Positions 1-14,247 of a DNA stretch of 64,000 nt are shown in pieces. This DNA is from Yuukianura sp. NJ FZ-2021 (taxonomy: Eukaryota): positions 6,882,001 through 6,946,000 of the forward strand of contig CM102284.1 of NCBI GenBank assembly GCA_046563655.1. The letters are read 5' to 3'. Numbering within the stretch: position 1 is the first letter of the stretch; each line of letters starts with the position of its first letter. Below the pieces are notes generated by a model that did not search any database, had not been told where the DNA came from, and was given only the letters and a program-made list of their open reading frames with translations. Made by a program: the position numbers and the translations under genes.

Positions 1-3000
1 AATCTTTTGAGTTTCATAGTCTTATTTTGCCCAGAAACTCACCGGCTCACTCTGTACATTTCGGTAGTTCCATTACCTTATTTTTTATTCACCCTCGCTT
101 TTATTCAATTCAAAAATTCCTTTGTTACTTAAGAAAAACTGAATTTTTGTTTTATTAATAGAAAGGTGAAAGCTAAGTTAGATCAGGTGAAAGTTGGTAC
201 GGCTAAACTTAATCGAGAACAATTTTTATTTTTTGAAAAAGTGAAAATTTCAAAAATTCATTTCAGTTTCCTAAAAATCTCTATCGCTCTGGACCAGAAG
301 GCTACAAACTTTAGAGTTTTTAGTACCCTTGAAGGGCTTGTTCTTAAACTGAAAACGACTCCATTTTGCAACTGTTTTGAAACTTAGGCGGGTCAAATCT
401 TTTGGAACCAGCACCGTGTTCTGGACCACTCCAAAAACTGAAGTTGTGTATAATACAACAGGATTAGAGTCCATGTTCTTAACGAAACTCATTACGCTGT
501 TCTGTTCCTATTGTTTTTAGTACTGAAACAGCAGGTTTTAGGAGGAAAAGGCTTAAAAAGGTGTAGGGAGAAAGTGTTTCTCATCAAAACCCCGAAAAGG
601 ACCGTTGTTTTGAAACTGTTCAAAGGAAAACTGCTTCTTCCCACAGTGGAACACACATAACTTAAAGATACCCGCCTAAAACTATAACCTAAAGGTACAA
701 CCTAACGTTTCTCGAGAACTAAAAGTTGCTTTTTGTGCAGAACACAAGTCTAGGAAGGAGAGGCTATGGAAAAGACATTAAAATTTTACGAGACACTCAT
801 TTCCCCTTTCCTTTCTCCTTATTTTCACTTTCTCCTTCAAAACCTCAACACCCCCTAGCCTAACCATGCCTTCAACCCAACATAACCCACTCCTTACTAA
901 GGCATGTGAAGGAATAATATATGGGAAAAAGAACGCAGAAGAAAGAGGATTTTAGGAGTTTCATTTCGCCTATTTAGGCCCATTAGGTTAGGCACTCTTT
1001 TCTTTACTTTCTTCTACTTGTTCTTAAGTTAAGATTGAAACAAGTTGAGCATAGAAAAAAGAAAAGAGTCTAACGGTTAGTTAATGCCTAATCTTCCTAA
1101 AGTGAAAGTACACATTGTTAGACTATGCTTTTGGTAGAACTTTTGTAAGTAAGGAAGAGAGTCCTCATTTCCCACACTTTCATTTCCTTTCTTATCCCTC
1201 ATCTTCTTGATTTCCGTTGTCTTTTGTAGGGTTTTTATGGGCGGGGCAGATTTTACTGTGGAAAGAGCCCATATGTCATTTGGACTAGAAACAATTACTC
1301 AAACAAAGACGCTCTCCGCTTCGTTTTCTCCGGGTTTTGATTACATCCAAATTGAAATTTCAAATTAAGTGACCGAAACCTCACAAAATTTGGGTAGGAT
1401 CCAAGTCCAGTCTGGTCAGACATCAACTGGAGTCAATTTCATTTTGTTGTCTTTACTGTAAGAAGATGACGTAATTTATATCTAATTGAATCTTCAAAAT
1501 TTTCGAGGCTTCGCTGTGTCTTGGAACAAAATTTTCGGTTTTTCGGTTTCTGCTTTTGGAGAAAAAAGCTTTAGAAATTACTAGAGTAAATATTCTAAAA
1601 CAATTTTGAAACTTAGAGAAAGTTTTTCTATATAAAAACGATGTTGTCCTGAATTTTTTTTGGAGAAAGGTGTGAATTTAAGAATTTTTGAATTTGTCAT
1701 TTATGAAAAGCTGCTGCGTGTTTAATACTGGATATTAAATTTGAAATGAGAAGAAACGGAAGAGCAGTTAGCGGTGAAACAAGTACTACTACTGTGCATA
1801 GTAAAATAGTTGAAAATGACTAAGCACTGGGAAAGTGAAAGTAAAAGTTAGACGAGGATTCAAATGTGCGTTTGAATACCCGCATTTATGAAGTAATGAC
1901 TTGGTTTATGGGAGAGAGAAGGTTGGATGACATGATGGCTGCTCCCCGCCTTCCCTCATTTTCAAAATTTCAAAAACCCGGGAAAAGCAGGTTGGCAGAG
2001 GGAGGTCCTTCTGGATCAAAAACCTCGCGGTCCTCTGCATCAAGCGAAACTTACCTCCGTTCTAATTCAATTTCCAACCAAATTAAATTATTTTCTGTGC
2101 CTGAACCTCAACGGACGAAGTAGATTTTGGCAACTCAACAACAAATCCTTTAGACCGAGAGAAAGTTAATGTGCAAATGTCAAAATCAACGGCCTTTTGG
2201 AGGTTTCTAAATCTCAGTTTTACTTAATAACCGAAAACAGATACAAATTCTACTCCAACTTTTCAAAAAATCCGAATTTTTGAAATTTTGAAAATTATGT
2301 CACAATTTTAAATTTGTTCCCAAGAACTTAAAATTTTTGATCATGTTTCTTATGGCAGAAAATTGTTTTAAATTGAGCGGTGTAGAAATTTGACAACTTT
2401 TGTCTTTTCTTTTGTAGGTGAAAGTCACTTTAAATCTAAAAGATTGTGCGTGCCGCAATTGTGTTTTGCTTTGATACGTTAACAACTTGTTACTTTCACC
2501 TTCCTTATTCTCTTCAGCATTGTTTTTCCTTGTTTCTTATTTTGTAACTGTTGCATAATTCAAGATCTAATCCCAATCTCACTTTCCCAACCTGTTCCTC
2601 TCTTCCCTTAATCCAAAAATCTTTCATCGATTTTCCACTTTCTTTTTCCACACTTCCTCTTTTTCCAAAAGTCTCGTTATAGAGCGGAAAACTTTCACTT
2701 TTCCATTTTCCAACTTTTGTAAAAAAAAAATCTTTGTCATTTCCCCCCTCGCCGCTGCTGTTCTCTTCCTCTTCTCTTTTTTTTCTTTCGCACCTTCTGG
2801 GAAGCGAACCACTTTCCCGGTTTCTAACATCTTTTGATTCACCTAAAAGCCTTTAGTACACTTTACTACTAGCACTTTTACGCTCCTAAACTGTCACCCA
2901 AACCTCCTGCTTAGACTTTCTAGTTTCAGGTTTTGTAGAAACAGAAGTTCCAACCGTTTAGTTTGATTAGACTTTTAGAACAGGAGTTGGAATGAAGGAA

Positions 3001-6000
3001 ACTAACTCGGGAGAGCATTACTCTTGATTGGTTTTATGTAGGGAAATGATTGGGCTGGGAACAAAACTTCAATAATCTCACGACAACTACTACCTAAACC
3101 TAACGTCTCTCGCTTTCCCTCCGTTTTCACCCTAACTTCGTTTGACTTCAATTAAAGAAATTAATAGGAACGTGTTTGACAGGCTTTATCTCGGGAAGCC
3201 TCTGCTTCAAGCTGTACAACCAGGGTGTCAACGCCAACGTTTCCTAGCGGAGCGGCAAAAACCAAATGGCCCTTTTCCGTGTCTACTTTCTTCCCACATT
3301 ATTAGGTCTCGGAGCAGCTCTAACCCCCCCCACCATATCATAAGCTAAACCCCCCCCCCATTCGAGGTGGGGGGGGGGCGGGTAACCATATCCCTCATCA
3401 TCATAAGGCTATAACTCATTTGTCAAAAAGGAAAAGGTGTGTTTGGGGAAAAAGCGAAGCCTAATTGCTTTCACTGTGTCCAGTCACAGGAGAAAAGTGA
3501 CAGGGAGAAGTAAGCCGGCTGATTTTTTCAGTTCACTTCTGCCACTCCTTTTTCATTTCCTTTCATTTGCATTACTAAAACTAGGCTTTAGCAAAAGTCT
3601 AACGTTAGTTTTTGACTAAACACTGGAGAGCTGGCTAGTTTTTTAGGTTTTCGAGATCCACGAGGTGCAAGTAAGGCTTAGGTGGTGGGATAATCAATAG
3701 ATAAAGAGCCTCGAGTAGAGAGGAGGACACATCAAAGGAAACAAGGAAGCAAGATAGGTGAAAGTTGGTCATTTTGATATCAAAGTGACTTGGATTTGAG
3801 TTAAACAAAGTTAGAGTCTAGTGTCCATTGGTCATGAGATCGACAGCGGAGGTTGAGAACTAATAACCAAAGGAGACAGCGGGAAAGTTTTAGATTAGAG
3901 AGTGAAAGTGGGCAGATGGGCTTTGAAGTGGGTAAAATATTACATTTTGGGAAGTTGCATAGTTTATTAGGCTAAAAGAGGAAAAAGCTAACTTAAGCGA
4001 AAGCATATAGCACTCTGCTTCGTTGCCTGAGTTATGAGTAGGGTTTAATGGCCTTTGTTGGTCGCGTTTTGGTTTTATGGAGAAAGTCCTTACGTCAAAA
4101 TTTCGAAATTTATGTATTTTTTTACAAGAATAAAAAATTCTTTTATACTGAAGATCAATTTTTCGAGCTTTTCTTACCTCAAGTGTCCATTCCTACTTAA
4201 TTCTTATTATATCGCGTGTTTACGACGGATTTTGTTGAGCCAAACGCATTCAAATTCAAAATTTTGAATTCCAGTATCAAAAAATGCGGATTTTTGAAAA
4301 ACCTGTTGGTTTTAAGGCGGCAGGAATGAAAATTTCCAATGCTTTCTTTCCGGCCCTGTTTGTCAATGAACCTTCTGGTTCGCTTAATCTAAATTTGACT
4401 GAACTCTAAAACATTTTATACACTCTAGCTACTTTAAGCTATTTTTCAAAAAACCCGGGTAGTTCTGGTTCCTGTTTTCCTTATTTTTCTGTACGAGTTT
4501 ATAAAAAGTTAAGGTAAGGCTTAGTAAATGTAATGAAATCCGCTGCCGCTTCTGGTTCTAGTCCGATAAATCATGGTTTTGGAATTGAAGCGGAAATGAA
4601 GTGGAAAACGAGATGCGGTTCGCCTTTCCCCTGTTTTCTCAAGGAAAAACAAACTGACAAAGGGCTCTTTTCTTTTTTTCCGAAAAGAAAAAGAGCAGGA
4701 GTGCCGTCTGCAGCCTGGAAAAAGTTTTTAGACTTACTTGTAAGTTTGAGACTCTAGCCGAAGTCTAGAAGTTAGGCAAAAAGGCAAGAAACCATGAGAC
4801 TTCCAGTTTCGCTGTTTTTGGATAGGAAAAACGCAGTACTTTCTCCGTCATCATCATCGGCCTTTCCACTTTCTTGGCTGTTCGAGATGCAATACGTTAG
4901 GCGGAAGTACTGACGTTCAACCTAACCTTAAGTCAAGGATTTCTTCCTCTCGGCTGTTCTTCTTAAGCTTTCACTACTCCATTTCTCTGCTTCCTGAGTT
5001 ACAACATGTAGGGATTGCCTAAACCGCTGAATTGAAGAACGAGGAGTTGAAGGGAAGAAGAATTGGAATTACTTTGGCCCTTGGAACTCCTCCGGAATGA
5101 ATACGAACATATTGCATGAGTCAGAACAACAACAGTAAGGCACAGTCATCAACTGTGGTTCTACTTTCTTAGCTTTCACTTTAGGTTTTGCCTAACTTTC
5201 GGCTCCACGTGAGGAAAACACTTAGCATTTCGAGGGTGGAAGAGAGACTTTCTCCTGATTTACGGAACTCCTTTCGATTTTTGTAATGCTCAATATATTA
5301 TTATTTAAGGGCGAGACGTGGTGGCGTTACCAATATTTTATGAAACGGCGAGGCGAGGCTGTAAAGAGAAAAAGGTTGAATAGAATCGTGCGGATTTTTA
5401 ATAATAAGAAATAGAAAAAAGAAAGTAAGGTTAGGGTAGGGTGTAATGTGGTTGGATCATAACTCTACTTACTATGTGAAAATTCGAATTCAAAGGAAGT
5501 GAGAGAGCATATGCGGATTCAGAATCTGATCACATCAGAGATTTAACTTTCACGCAGCACCAGCTCAAAAGAGATTATTTATGACTTTCATCTTCTTAGG
5601 AAAAGAAATGCATTGGGATATGGAGGGGAACAAAAAGAAAGTATCAGTTCCTTTCACACTTTACTAAATAACTAACCTTAACTACTAGGCTAAGAACCTA
5701 ACGTACTAATTTTTTTTTGAAAACCTAACTTTTTTGGTAGAAAACGTGCTAGTTTTGCTACTGAACTAACAAATATGCTTTTACTTTGAACAATTAGAGT
5801 GGATGAGCGCGTTTCCTTGAACCTTTAAGTCCGCCTGTCATCCTTAAACACTTTGACTCTCAGAAAGTAACAAATCCCTTTCACTCTGGAAGGAAAGTAC
5901 TCAAGGATCAAAGGCTGCGAGAGCAAAACTCAACAAAAAACGAAAAAAAGATATGAAAATTTGAAGAATTTTGAAACTGAAGTGAAAGTAAAAGTTAGTC

Positions 6001-9000
6001 AGCTCGTCTGCTTTAGTTCAATTTTCGTTTTTTGTCTTGGGGAGTCGAGTTTTCTCCGTCAGAATATTAATAATTCATAATTGAATTTCCTAATGTACAA
6101 GGTGACGTGTCGATGACAGCATGGAAAAAGCTACTCGCCAATTTTTCATTACGTTGTCAACAACGCACCACCTTAACCTAATTTTTCAAACTAGGAGTAA
6201 ATTAATCTAATATTAAACTTAATATTAAAATTTCAAGCTCAAAACGTAACTTGGTTCAAGGAAAAGTTTAAAAAAAGGCAAAACATTTTTTTATATTTTG
6301 TTCTTTGAAGTTGTTGTTCCTCTTTGGTGAAGAAATTCAGAGAAAAAAAGCGCGCGAAAGGTTTTGGAGGAGAAAGTTTGTCTTTTTTGGCTCCAAAAGT
6401 GATAACGAAGGAAAAAGAAGAAGAGGAGGGAAAAGTCAAAAGTTTTTTCTCTCGGTGTGTGTTAGGAGTTGTGCAGCGGGAAAATATGATGAAGTGATAT
6501 GAGGATGATAATGATGGCATCATGAGCTGGAACGACTCTCACCCTCCTTCAAACCCACAACTTTCGCTTTCTCCACTTTCACTTATACTTTTCTAGCCTA
6601 ACTTATACTTTTTATATGCAACCTAGTCTAACTCTACGTTTCTGGAAGCAGAAGCAACAAGCAGAAGGACCTGATGCTTCCTACTAAACTCTCCTGCTTC
6701 CTGTAACCCAAAAAATCCATATTTTTACCATCCTAACTCTTCAGCACAAAAAAAAACCTTTCTTTCCCTCTTTTTATGCTTGGAAACGTAGGAAAATGTA
6801 CAAAAAACGCCCTCACCCTTTTTTAAATGCTTAGAAACGCTTGGAGAAGCTAGTATGGGAAGCGTTTTCAAAAAAGGGCCAACTTTTTATCAAATTTTGC
6901 TTTTCACAATAGGTTTCAATTTAAAATCAAAATCTTGGCGTTTTTTGTACCCAGTGAATTTGATCTGTCAGGAATCTTTAGAAAAATATGATTTCATTCA
7001 AATTCGTTTTTTTCTTGCTGTTTTGCCGAGAAGTATCGTTCGACTCTTACTCAATTTCTTTTCGTAAAAGTTTTGTTATTGTTACTATTCAATAGGATTC
7101 AAACGTACGCCGAATTGTTGCAAGAAAGCTAAAAAAGACTGAATTTCGTGCTTTTTGAACCGTCGACGCATGGACACATCATCCTTCTTTGTCTGTCACT
7201 TCGTATAGCTTTTGTAGTCTACCCTAACATAACCTAGTCACCAAACAGCAGCCAAAGTATTTCACTCCAATTCCACTGGAATCCAAAGCATTTCGTACTC
7301 AATTGGAACATAAAATGGAATTTGACCCTCCATTTCCACATTTCCGGTATCAGGAAAAACCGAAATTTCATTTTTCGAAGTCATCTCTACAAAAATTATT
7401 GCAGCCAAAAACGTGCTTCCAAATTTTAGAGAGAAAACAAAGACTTTTGAATCATAATTAAGCTGATTTTAATTACTTACTTTCCGGTTTAATATTAAAA
7501 GTGCAGCAGCACACTTCTAAAAGAGAAAGTACAAAAACGAGAGATAATTTTGAGTAGAAAGGAGCCTAGAGGGATACCGGTTGGAAGTAATCGGAAGGAT
7601 AATCGGTTATGTAAACAAATGAATAACAAATTTTGAAACTCCACTACAATTTTCCTTTCTTCTCAAACTAAAAAGTCTCTTTTCATAAAAACCTTTAGCT
7701 TTTGAATCATGTTCTAAAAGAAAACTTGAGTTGAGTGGATGATGGGCCCATTTCCAAATCATTTCCCATTTTGAAAATGAAAAATACAAAAAAGAAGAGC
7801 GGAAAAACACGTTGGACGGTGATAGTATAATTTCTCCCTCCAACGAAAGTCTTTGTATATGGAAAATTATGTTGCGTTTTTTGGTTTCTTTGGTTCCTTT
7901 GAAACTGTCTCCACTTGACTCGTTTTTGTGCCGCTCCTTGAACTTTCTTTTCCAAAACTTGGATGATGGGGGCAGAGCAGCGAAGAAAGTTTCAAGTGAA
8001 AGCTCCTTTCGTCTTCCCACGAATAAAATAATATCAACAAACCGGAAAAGGAACTCTCTATGCCCATTTAAATCTACATCAAAGGACATCCCAGACTGAG
8101 CTACGTTAGCCTAACCTTAGCAATGTAGCCTAAGTTTGCAGTTTCGAGCAGAAAGCAACTTTCACTTCATCTTTCTTCCTTCATCTTGTCTATTTTCTGG
8201 AACGGAAAAGTTCAACTTTTGCCTCAAGGGCTCCAGACGTTTAGAAAACTGAAAAAGAAAAGGCAGCGGCCAGAAGACAGACAATTTGGAGCTTCTTCCT
8301 GCTGGTAGAGACGTTCCTTTTTGGAGTTTTCGTTAGGCTACGTTAGGTTTTAGGTTTTTGAGTATAAATAGTTGGTTATGTTAGGCTAGGAGAAGGTGGT
8401 TAGGTTAGTTAGGTTAAGGGAAAATGTGGTTGAGGGGTTCATAAAGGAGGAGCTCAGAAAATCTTTAAAGATTGAAGAAGCCTGGAGGGTAAAAAGTGGA
8501 CCGTTGAATTAAAACGTGCGTGTAGTGGAGCGCACTAAAGAAGGAGAAAGTTATTCTGACTTTGTGCAGGCGGCCAAAACAAAAGTATTACGGCAGGAAT
8601 ACGTGCAGAAACAAAAAACGAAGAGAAAAAACTTTGTTTTTGGTTCACAAAACCGAATCGGAGAAAATGTAATAAGAATAGCAACCTGTTGTAACTCTGT
8701 TGTAAGTCCTACTCCCAAATCCACTTTCTCCATAAGTCCTGCTATTTTTGTTGTGTTTCTACTACCGGGTTTTGGATATGCAGGATTGAACTCCAAGATT
8801 CAAACTTTCCCGGTTGATACAGTTGAAAAGAAAAATCGATGAAATGAAATATACATGCGTTACTCAAATGCAATTTTTTCTCGTTTCTTTTGTTCTTGTG
8901 GCTTTCCTTTCTCTTTTTTTCTTTAGTTGTTCAAAAAAAATCTGAAATAGGATCTGTGTTCTATCAAAATGTATGAAATTCAGAACGAGTAATCTTAGAG

Positions 9001-12000
9001 CTGTAAAGAACTCCAACTCATACTCCCAAATCGCTGTTTTCTTTCAGCGAACTTTCTTTTTTCTTTCTTGCAAGAAAAAAGAATTTGAAAAGACAAGGAA
9101 ATTGATCTGTTTCTGATAGGAAGATGATGGAAAGACAGTCTTCAGATTTTTAAAAGAGAAAGTCTACAGAGATTTTTTTTTTGAAAAAAGCTTGTTCTTT
9201 TTGAGAATTTTTTATATTCTTGAAGTTGATAGGAAAAGATTCCAGAAATTAAATCACTTTCTCCACGAATGGATCCCAAGCAGAAGAACCGGTGGTGTCT
9301 CTGACATTTCCATGACAGGTTCCTTTTCTTCTTTTCTCAGTTTTACGTTTCTTCTGGTTTCAAAAAATGGCGGGAAAGGTAATGGACTGTTTTTAATTTG
9401 AATTTGGAAACAAGGCAGGTAGTAGTACTGGAGGTTTTATAATTTGTAAAAATGAAGAAAGCTTTCACTTTCAGCTTCCAAAAAAGAGCGTTCATCTGCA
9501 AAAGAAAAACGGAAAGTGAAAGGCGTAAGAAATTTAAAACTTACCTTCCTCCCCTCCAAACCACTTTTGGAGAATCATTAATCATTTTCAAGTTACTTTT
9601 AACTTCTTTCTAAATTAACTGTTCTTCTTTTCAGGAAAAACCTAAAGTGATGAAATTTTGAAGCAGGCGGGACGTGGATTTCAAAAAAACGTAGACTTTT
9701 TTCAAACAACCTGATTAGTGACGGGGTATTCTTAGGTGATCAACAGGAATTGTTGAATTGAATGTTATTGCTTGAGAATACACGTTCCTAAGAGGGAAAA
9801 TCAACAAAAATGCGATTCTACAAACTTCATCTTTCAAAATTTTGAAGTTCTTCAAAATTTGGCCAAGGGTAAGTAATTTATTAACTTTCTCCTTCAAATT
9901 TTGCTTAATTTCTACAAAATTTTGTGAATTTAGAAAAAGTTGTGTTTGGTTTCTTCTTAAGTAGAGTGACTTTTTTGAAATGTACGATTTTTAATGGATT
10001 TTGTGAATAGGTTAGTCACTTTCTTTTTTGTTTGAAAAACGTAGCTTTTTCTAAGCTATTTCTTTTGAAATTTTAAAAATACCTCTTGTCTCAAAATACA
10101 AATGCAGTCGAAGACAGGATTCATGTGTGAATTTGGATTTGAAAAGAAAGTTCTTTTTTGTTCCATTTTGGAAGTCTTTTTTTTTTTTGGAAAAATTTCT
10201 CAAAATTTGTCACAACTGTCATCTGCAGATGAATTTTCATAAATCACAATGGGAGGTGGATGGGATGTTCCTCAGGGGAAAAATTCTTTCACTTTTTTCC
10301 TCTTTTGTAAAAAACCCAAAGACAAGCCTAGACTTCCCAACGACTTTCACTAACTTGTCACTCTACGACATTTGAAACTCAAAACCGCGAAAGTTCAATT
10401 GTTTTTTGGTCATGTTTGGCTAACTTTCAAATTAGTTAGACCCTCCAACGGCGCTTTGATTTCAGCAGTGTGTAGGCTGTGTCCAGTCAAACGTCTTGCA
10501 TGTCAAACGGATTTTGGAATTAGGAGTTGGAGAGCTTAGGACATTTTGAAAATTGTGTGAGATTGACCAAAGACCACAAAAGTGTTTGTTGTTGCTGTTC
10601 AAAGAAATGTCCCACTGGGGAATTGATTTGTCAAAGGATTTAGAAGTGGAGAGAGCTCAAAGGAAAGTTTAGTTAGCTTGTAGGTGGGGATTGGCAAAGG
10701 AACTTTCTAAAATCCAAGTTAGAGCAACGGAAATGTCAAAACTGTTCATATCGGAAACAAGAGCAAGAGTTGGACTCGTTTTTGAAGTGGGAATGACAAT
10801 AGGGTAACCACGGAAATCAGCTTCTGAGTTTAGAACATACAAGAACGTATGGTTAGGTTAGTTTATGGTGGCTCAAAGTGACTTTCACTTCCCAAGTCCA
10901 AAGTCCTTGGAAAGTCAAAAGTTTTGGTGCGAAGGGCCTTCGCGTGGCCCGTCATCCACCAAAATTGCTGGTCTCTCCGTAATTTGAACACAGTGGATTT
11001 ACAGAAGGACATGACATTGGATTTGACAACTCTTGTTTTCACCGCCTTCCTTTCACTCTCGTTCCCACAAAACTAAACCTCTGCCAACTCTAACCAGTAA
11101 ATCCACAGGAATCAACCTAAAACTATTGACTAAACATTTGACTTTCACTTTTGCAGACCAATCTGCTAACGAAAACTTGACAAATACTTAGAATCTGTAA
11201 AAAGTAAAGCTTCAAAGTTTAAACTCTCGTTTAATTTTTTAATTTCTCATGTGAAATTCTTCGAAAAATTTTGCAAGCTCAGGAATATTGATTTTGGTTT
11301 GGTTTAAAATCCGGGTAAAATTGGCTCAGGGGCTTGATTAGGCCAAACTATGAAGCTTCAGCCATGCTGGGACCCTTAATCCTCTTGATGCGTTCTGCTA
11401 AAGCAGTTTTACACAAAAATGGAATCCGAGCAGCAAGAGAAAGCAACGTTTTCAAATACAACTCTGCTGAGTCTGTTTAAAAAGAAAGTAGTGGAGGGAG
11501 TAACTAAACTGTTCCTGGAGAGTACGCATAAGGCCACACTGTATATTTTTCAGTTCCTACGTGATTGAATCAAAGCTGGGAGGATTTAAAGATAGTAAAA
11601 CTCCAGTGTCTCTTCCAAAGAAAACGTGAGAGTCTTCACAAAAGTTTACATGGATCAAATCCCAGAGACAGAGACACTTTTTGTAAAGAAGAAAACGGAG
11701 CCCAAAGGCCTATCGAGCGACTAGCACTTTCTAATTTTCAATTCTTCCGTTTTCTAAAACAAGAAATGTCTTAATTTTGAAAACTGGAGGGAAAGTTCTT
11801 AGGACTGAGAGAAAGTTTGTTAAAAATGAAGAAATAAGAGGCAGAGGAAAAGTCCTCCTAGGGTTATTATTTATTTACGTGGACTGGGAATTTATTGTTA
11901 CTGGGTAGAAACGGAACTCTTACAGCCAAGACTAAAAAGACTATAAGTATTAGGAGTAGTACTGGAAGCTCGTGGGGAGATCCTGTCACATTTGTACGAA

Positions 12001-12640
12001 ACTGAAACTAAATCAGTCCACCGCCTATTTCTGGTTACACCGAGACTTTCTCAAAGACGAGATTTTGTGGGATGAGGAGGCTGGAAATAGGAAAAGCCAA
12101 GGAGCTTATTTTTATTTTCGAGACGGAGGGACATAACAGCGTCACAGAAGTAAAAAATATTAGTATTGTGGCTAATTGTGACCAAAATTGGCGGGTACTT
12201 TTGGAAACACTGCGAAGCTGGAACAAAAACTACTTGATTTTGGTTTTTGGGGGAGAAAGTACAATGGAGAAAAGAAGCGTAAGAGACTTAAGGGGTATTA
12301 TAATACTGAGACACTGAAAATCATAATCGCTCCGCTGTCTTATTTTCTCGGCTTTCCTAACTCGAGCGGCGCTATAATTAATAGAATCAGTCATCAGGAA
12401 AATATAGCGGAGAAGAGAAAGCTTTTTGAAGCGTCGGAAGCGGCTGAAGAAGCTTCGACGAAAGCGCACAAGCGCCGATTTGAGCATGAAGCACAACCGC
12501 CTAAAGGAACAAAAGTTCAACTTGTTTGTGAACATGTGAATTTATCCAAAAATTAATTGCTGTTTAATGGATGCATTGTAGCGTACTTAGTTTTAAAAAT
12601 TGAGAATTTTGAAGATTCAAATTTAAAAACTTTGTTTCAT

Positions 12641-14247
12641 CTACCAAGGTGGAACGACGATAGGCATCTCACCGAAGAACGGAACGTCATGAACCTCTGT
12701 GGTTTCAATGTAGTAAGTACCTCTGGCCCTGGAAGGAACAAGGAGGTAACGTTTTTGTTCAAAAAATCAAAATTTTGTTTCAATTTTGATTTTTTTTTTA
12801 AAAGTGACTTTTTTGAAACTGAATCTTACGTTTTTGGTCCATGATATCCATAGAGAACACGATCTTGACAAATTGAAATTTCTCTTTGCGTACAGGATGT
12901 TGGTATAAATGCCGTGGGACTAGCGAGTCGACAGCGACAACCGTACAGTTCAGGCGGAGTTTGTGTAATTGTTCGAGCATAGAGTCGGTAAGCTCTAGAA
13001 TGACTACAGATACCAGTAACTCCTGCATCAATTTCAAAAATATTTGTCAAAAAAATTTCAAAATTTTGAAAATCAATGTTTGGTAACTTTCACCTCTGGC
13101 AAATCCGCCAAGATTATTTAGCGTAAAATTCAAACAGCCTGGTTGCGCATAGCCCTTGCCTCCATTTGCATAAAAGTCCGCAGTGCCCAGAACTTCGCTG
13201 CTACCGAACATGCCGACGTCTGTATGCAAAACGTCAACGTAAGCAGCATCCGTCGGATCAAGCTTGTTTTCCGGCTCGATGAAAAGGTACAACGGACCTG
13301 AAAAGATTTGAATCTGTTAGGTTTTCAAACCGGTACTACAAACCGGTACTCTAACCTGCCGGATCCAGTCCAGTAATGTGGTCCACTTGTGTTCCAGTTT
13401 CGTTTTGTACTTCGCGTCCTGCTACACCCATGACATGGGCTCCTAGACTGTGACCTATGAGATGGACAGATTCCGGTCCAGGAATGATGCCAAGGTCAAT
13501 TAGGTTCAGGATCATGTCAGCCACACGTCGTCCAACTACTGGCACATTCTGTGTCACTTCGGCATAAGACAGAAACGCCACTGGAGATTCACTCGTGGAC
13601 AGCTTACTCCAGTCTACTCCAATTATGTTCACAATGCCCTGACTCAACAAAGCTGAAATTTTATGAAAATGAAATAAATGAACTGTATTTAGTTATTAAT
13701 TAAATGTATTATTAAAAAGTGTTAATTACTATTACCATTTTTGATAATTGGAACTGTAGAGTTTTCAAACGTTGCTCCCGACAGGAAACCATGCGCAATA
13801 AAGATGACTGGGCGACCTCGTTTGAACCTAGCGTGGGTCATGGTCAACCGTCTGCTCCAGTCCAGAAGGTCGTACCGATTTGGATGCCTTGTTTCAGAAA
13901 AAGTTTCAAAATTTTGAACTTCTTAAATTCTTAAAAACTTTGTCCTACCTTGGACTGTAGTACAACAAAAACTTGACATCGTCTGGGCTATGTGACAGAC
14001 CAAAAGTTCTTTTAGGAACGCTGTCCTGTCCAACTCCATTTCCAATTCCAAGGTCGTTGTCGTTGATCCACGGATCAGGTAAGTCCGGGTCACTCGGAAT
14101 GACCTCTCTTCTTCCAGAAACAACGTTCGGGTCACTTGGAATTACCTCATTTTCAGCAACACTTTCCTCTGAACACGTTAACCCTATGAAAAACAACAGT
14201 ATTGCAAGCACAAACGAAAACGAGGCTCCAGTGCTTTGTCGTTCCAT
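12641..14247 (-). CDS. Secreted pancreatic-lipase-family neutral lipase / phospholipase A1-like protein, 6 exons, ~410 aa
   Basis: Exons 14247-13949, 13887-13736, 13652-13356, 13297-13094, 13022-12830 and 12728-12641 join in frame with GT-AG introns. Signal peptide (FSFVLAILLFFIGLTCS), IAHGF oxyanion motif, IGVDW, GHSLGAH (Ser), TGLDPAG (Asp), VDVLHTD, DFYANGG..QPGC, CSHSRAY (His), C-terminal GTYYIET. No PLAT domain. Confidence 0.95.

Noticed and set aside
7607-8099. Overlapping ORFs up to 160 aa
   Set aside because: F/K/S-rich translations typical of AT-rich non-coding DNA; no motifs or coherent splice structure.
10929-10943. Short palindrome GCGAAGG-G-CCTTCGC
   Set aside because: 7-bp arms are expected by chance in 64 kb.
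12188-12556. 122-aa ORF with a charged helical-looking stretch (IAEKRKLFEASEAAEE), locally GC-richer with weak stems
   Set aside because: Non-ATG start, no convincing splice sites or family match; kept only as a weak possibility of an exon or regulatory element.
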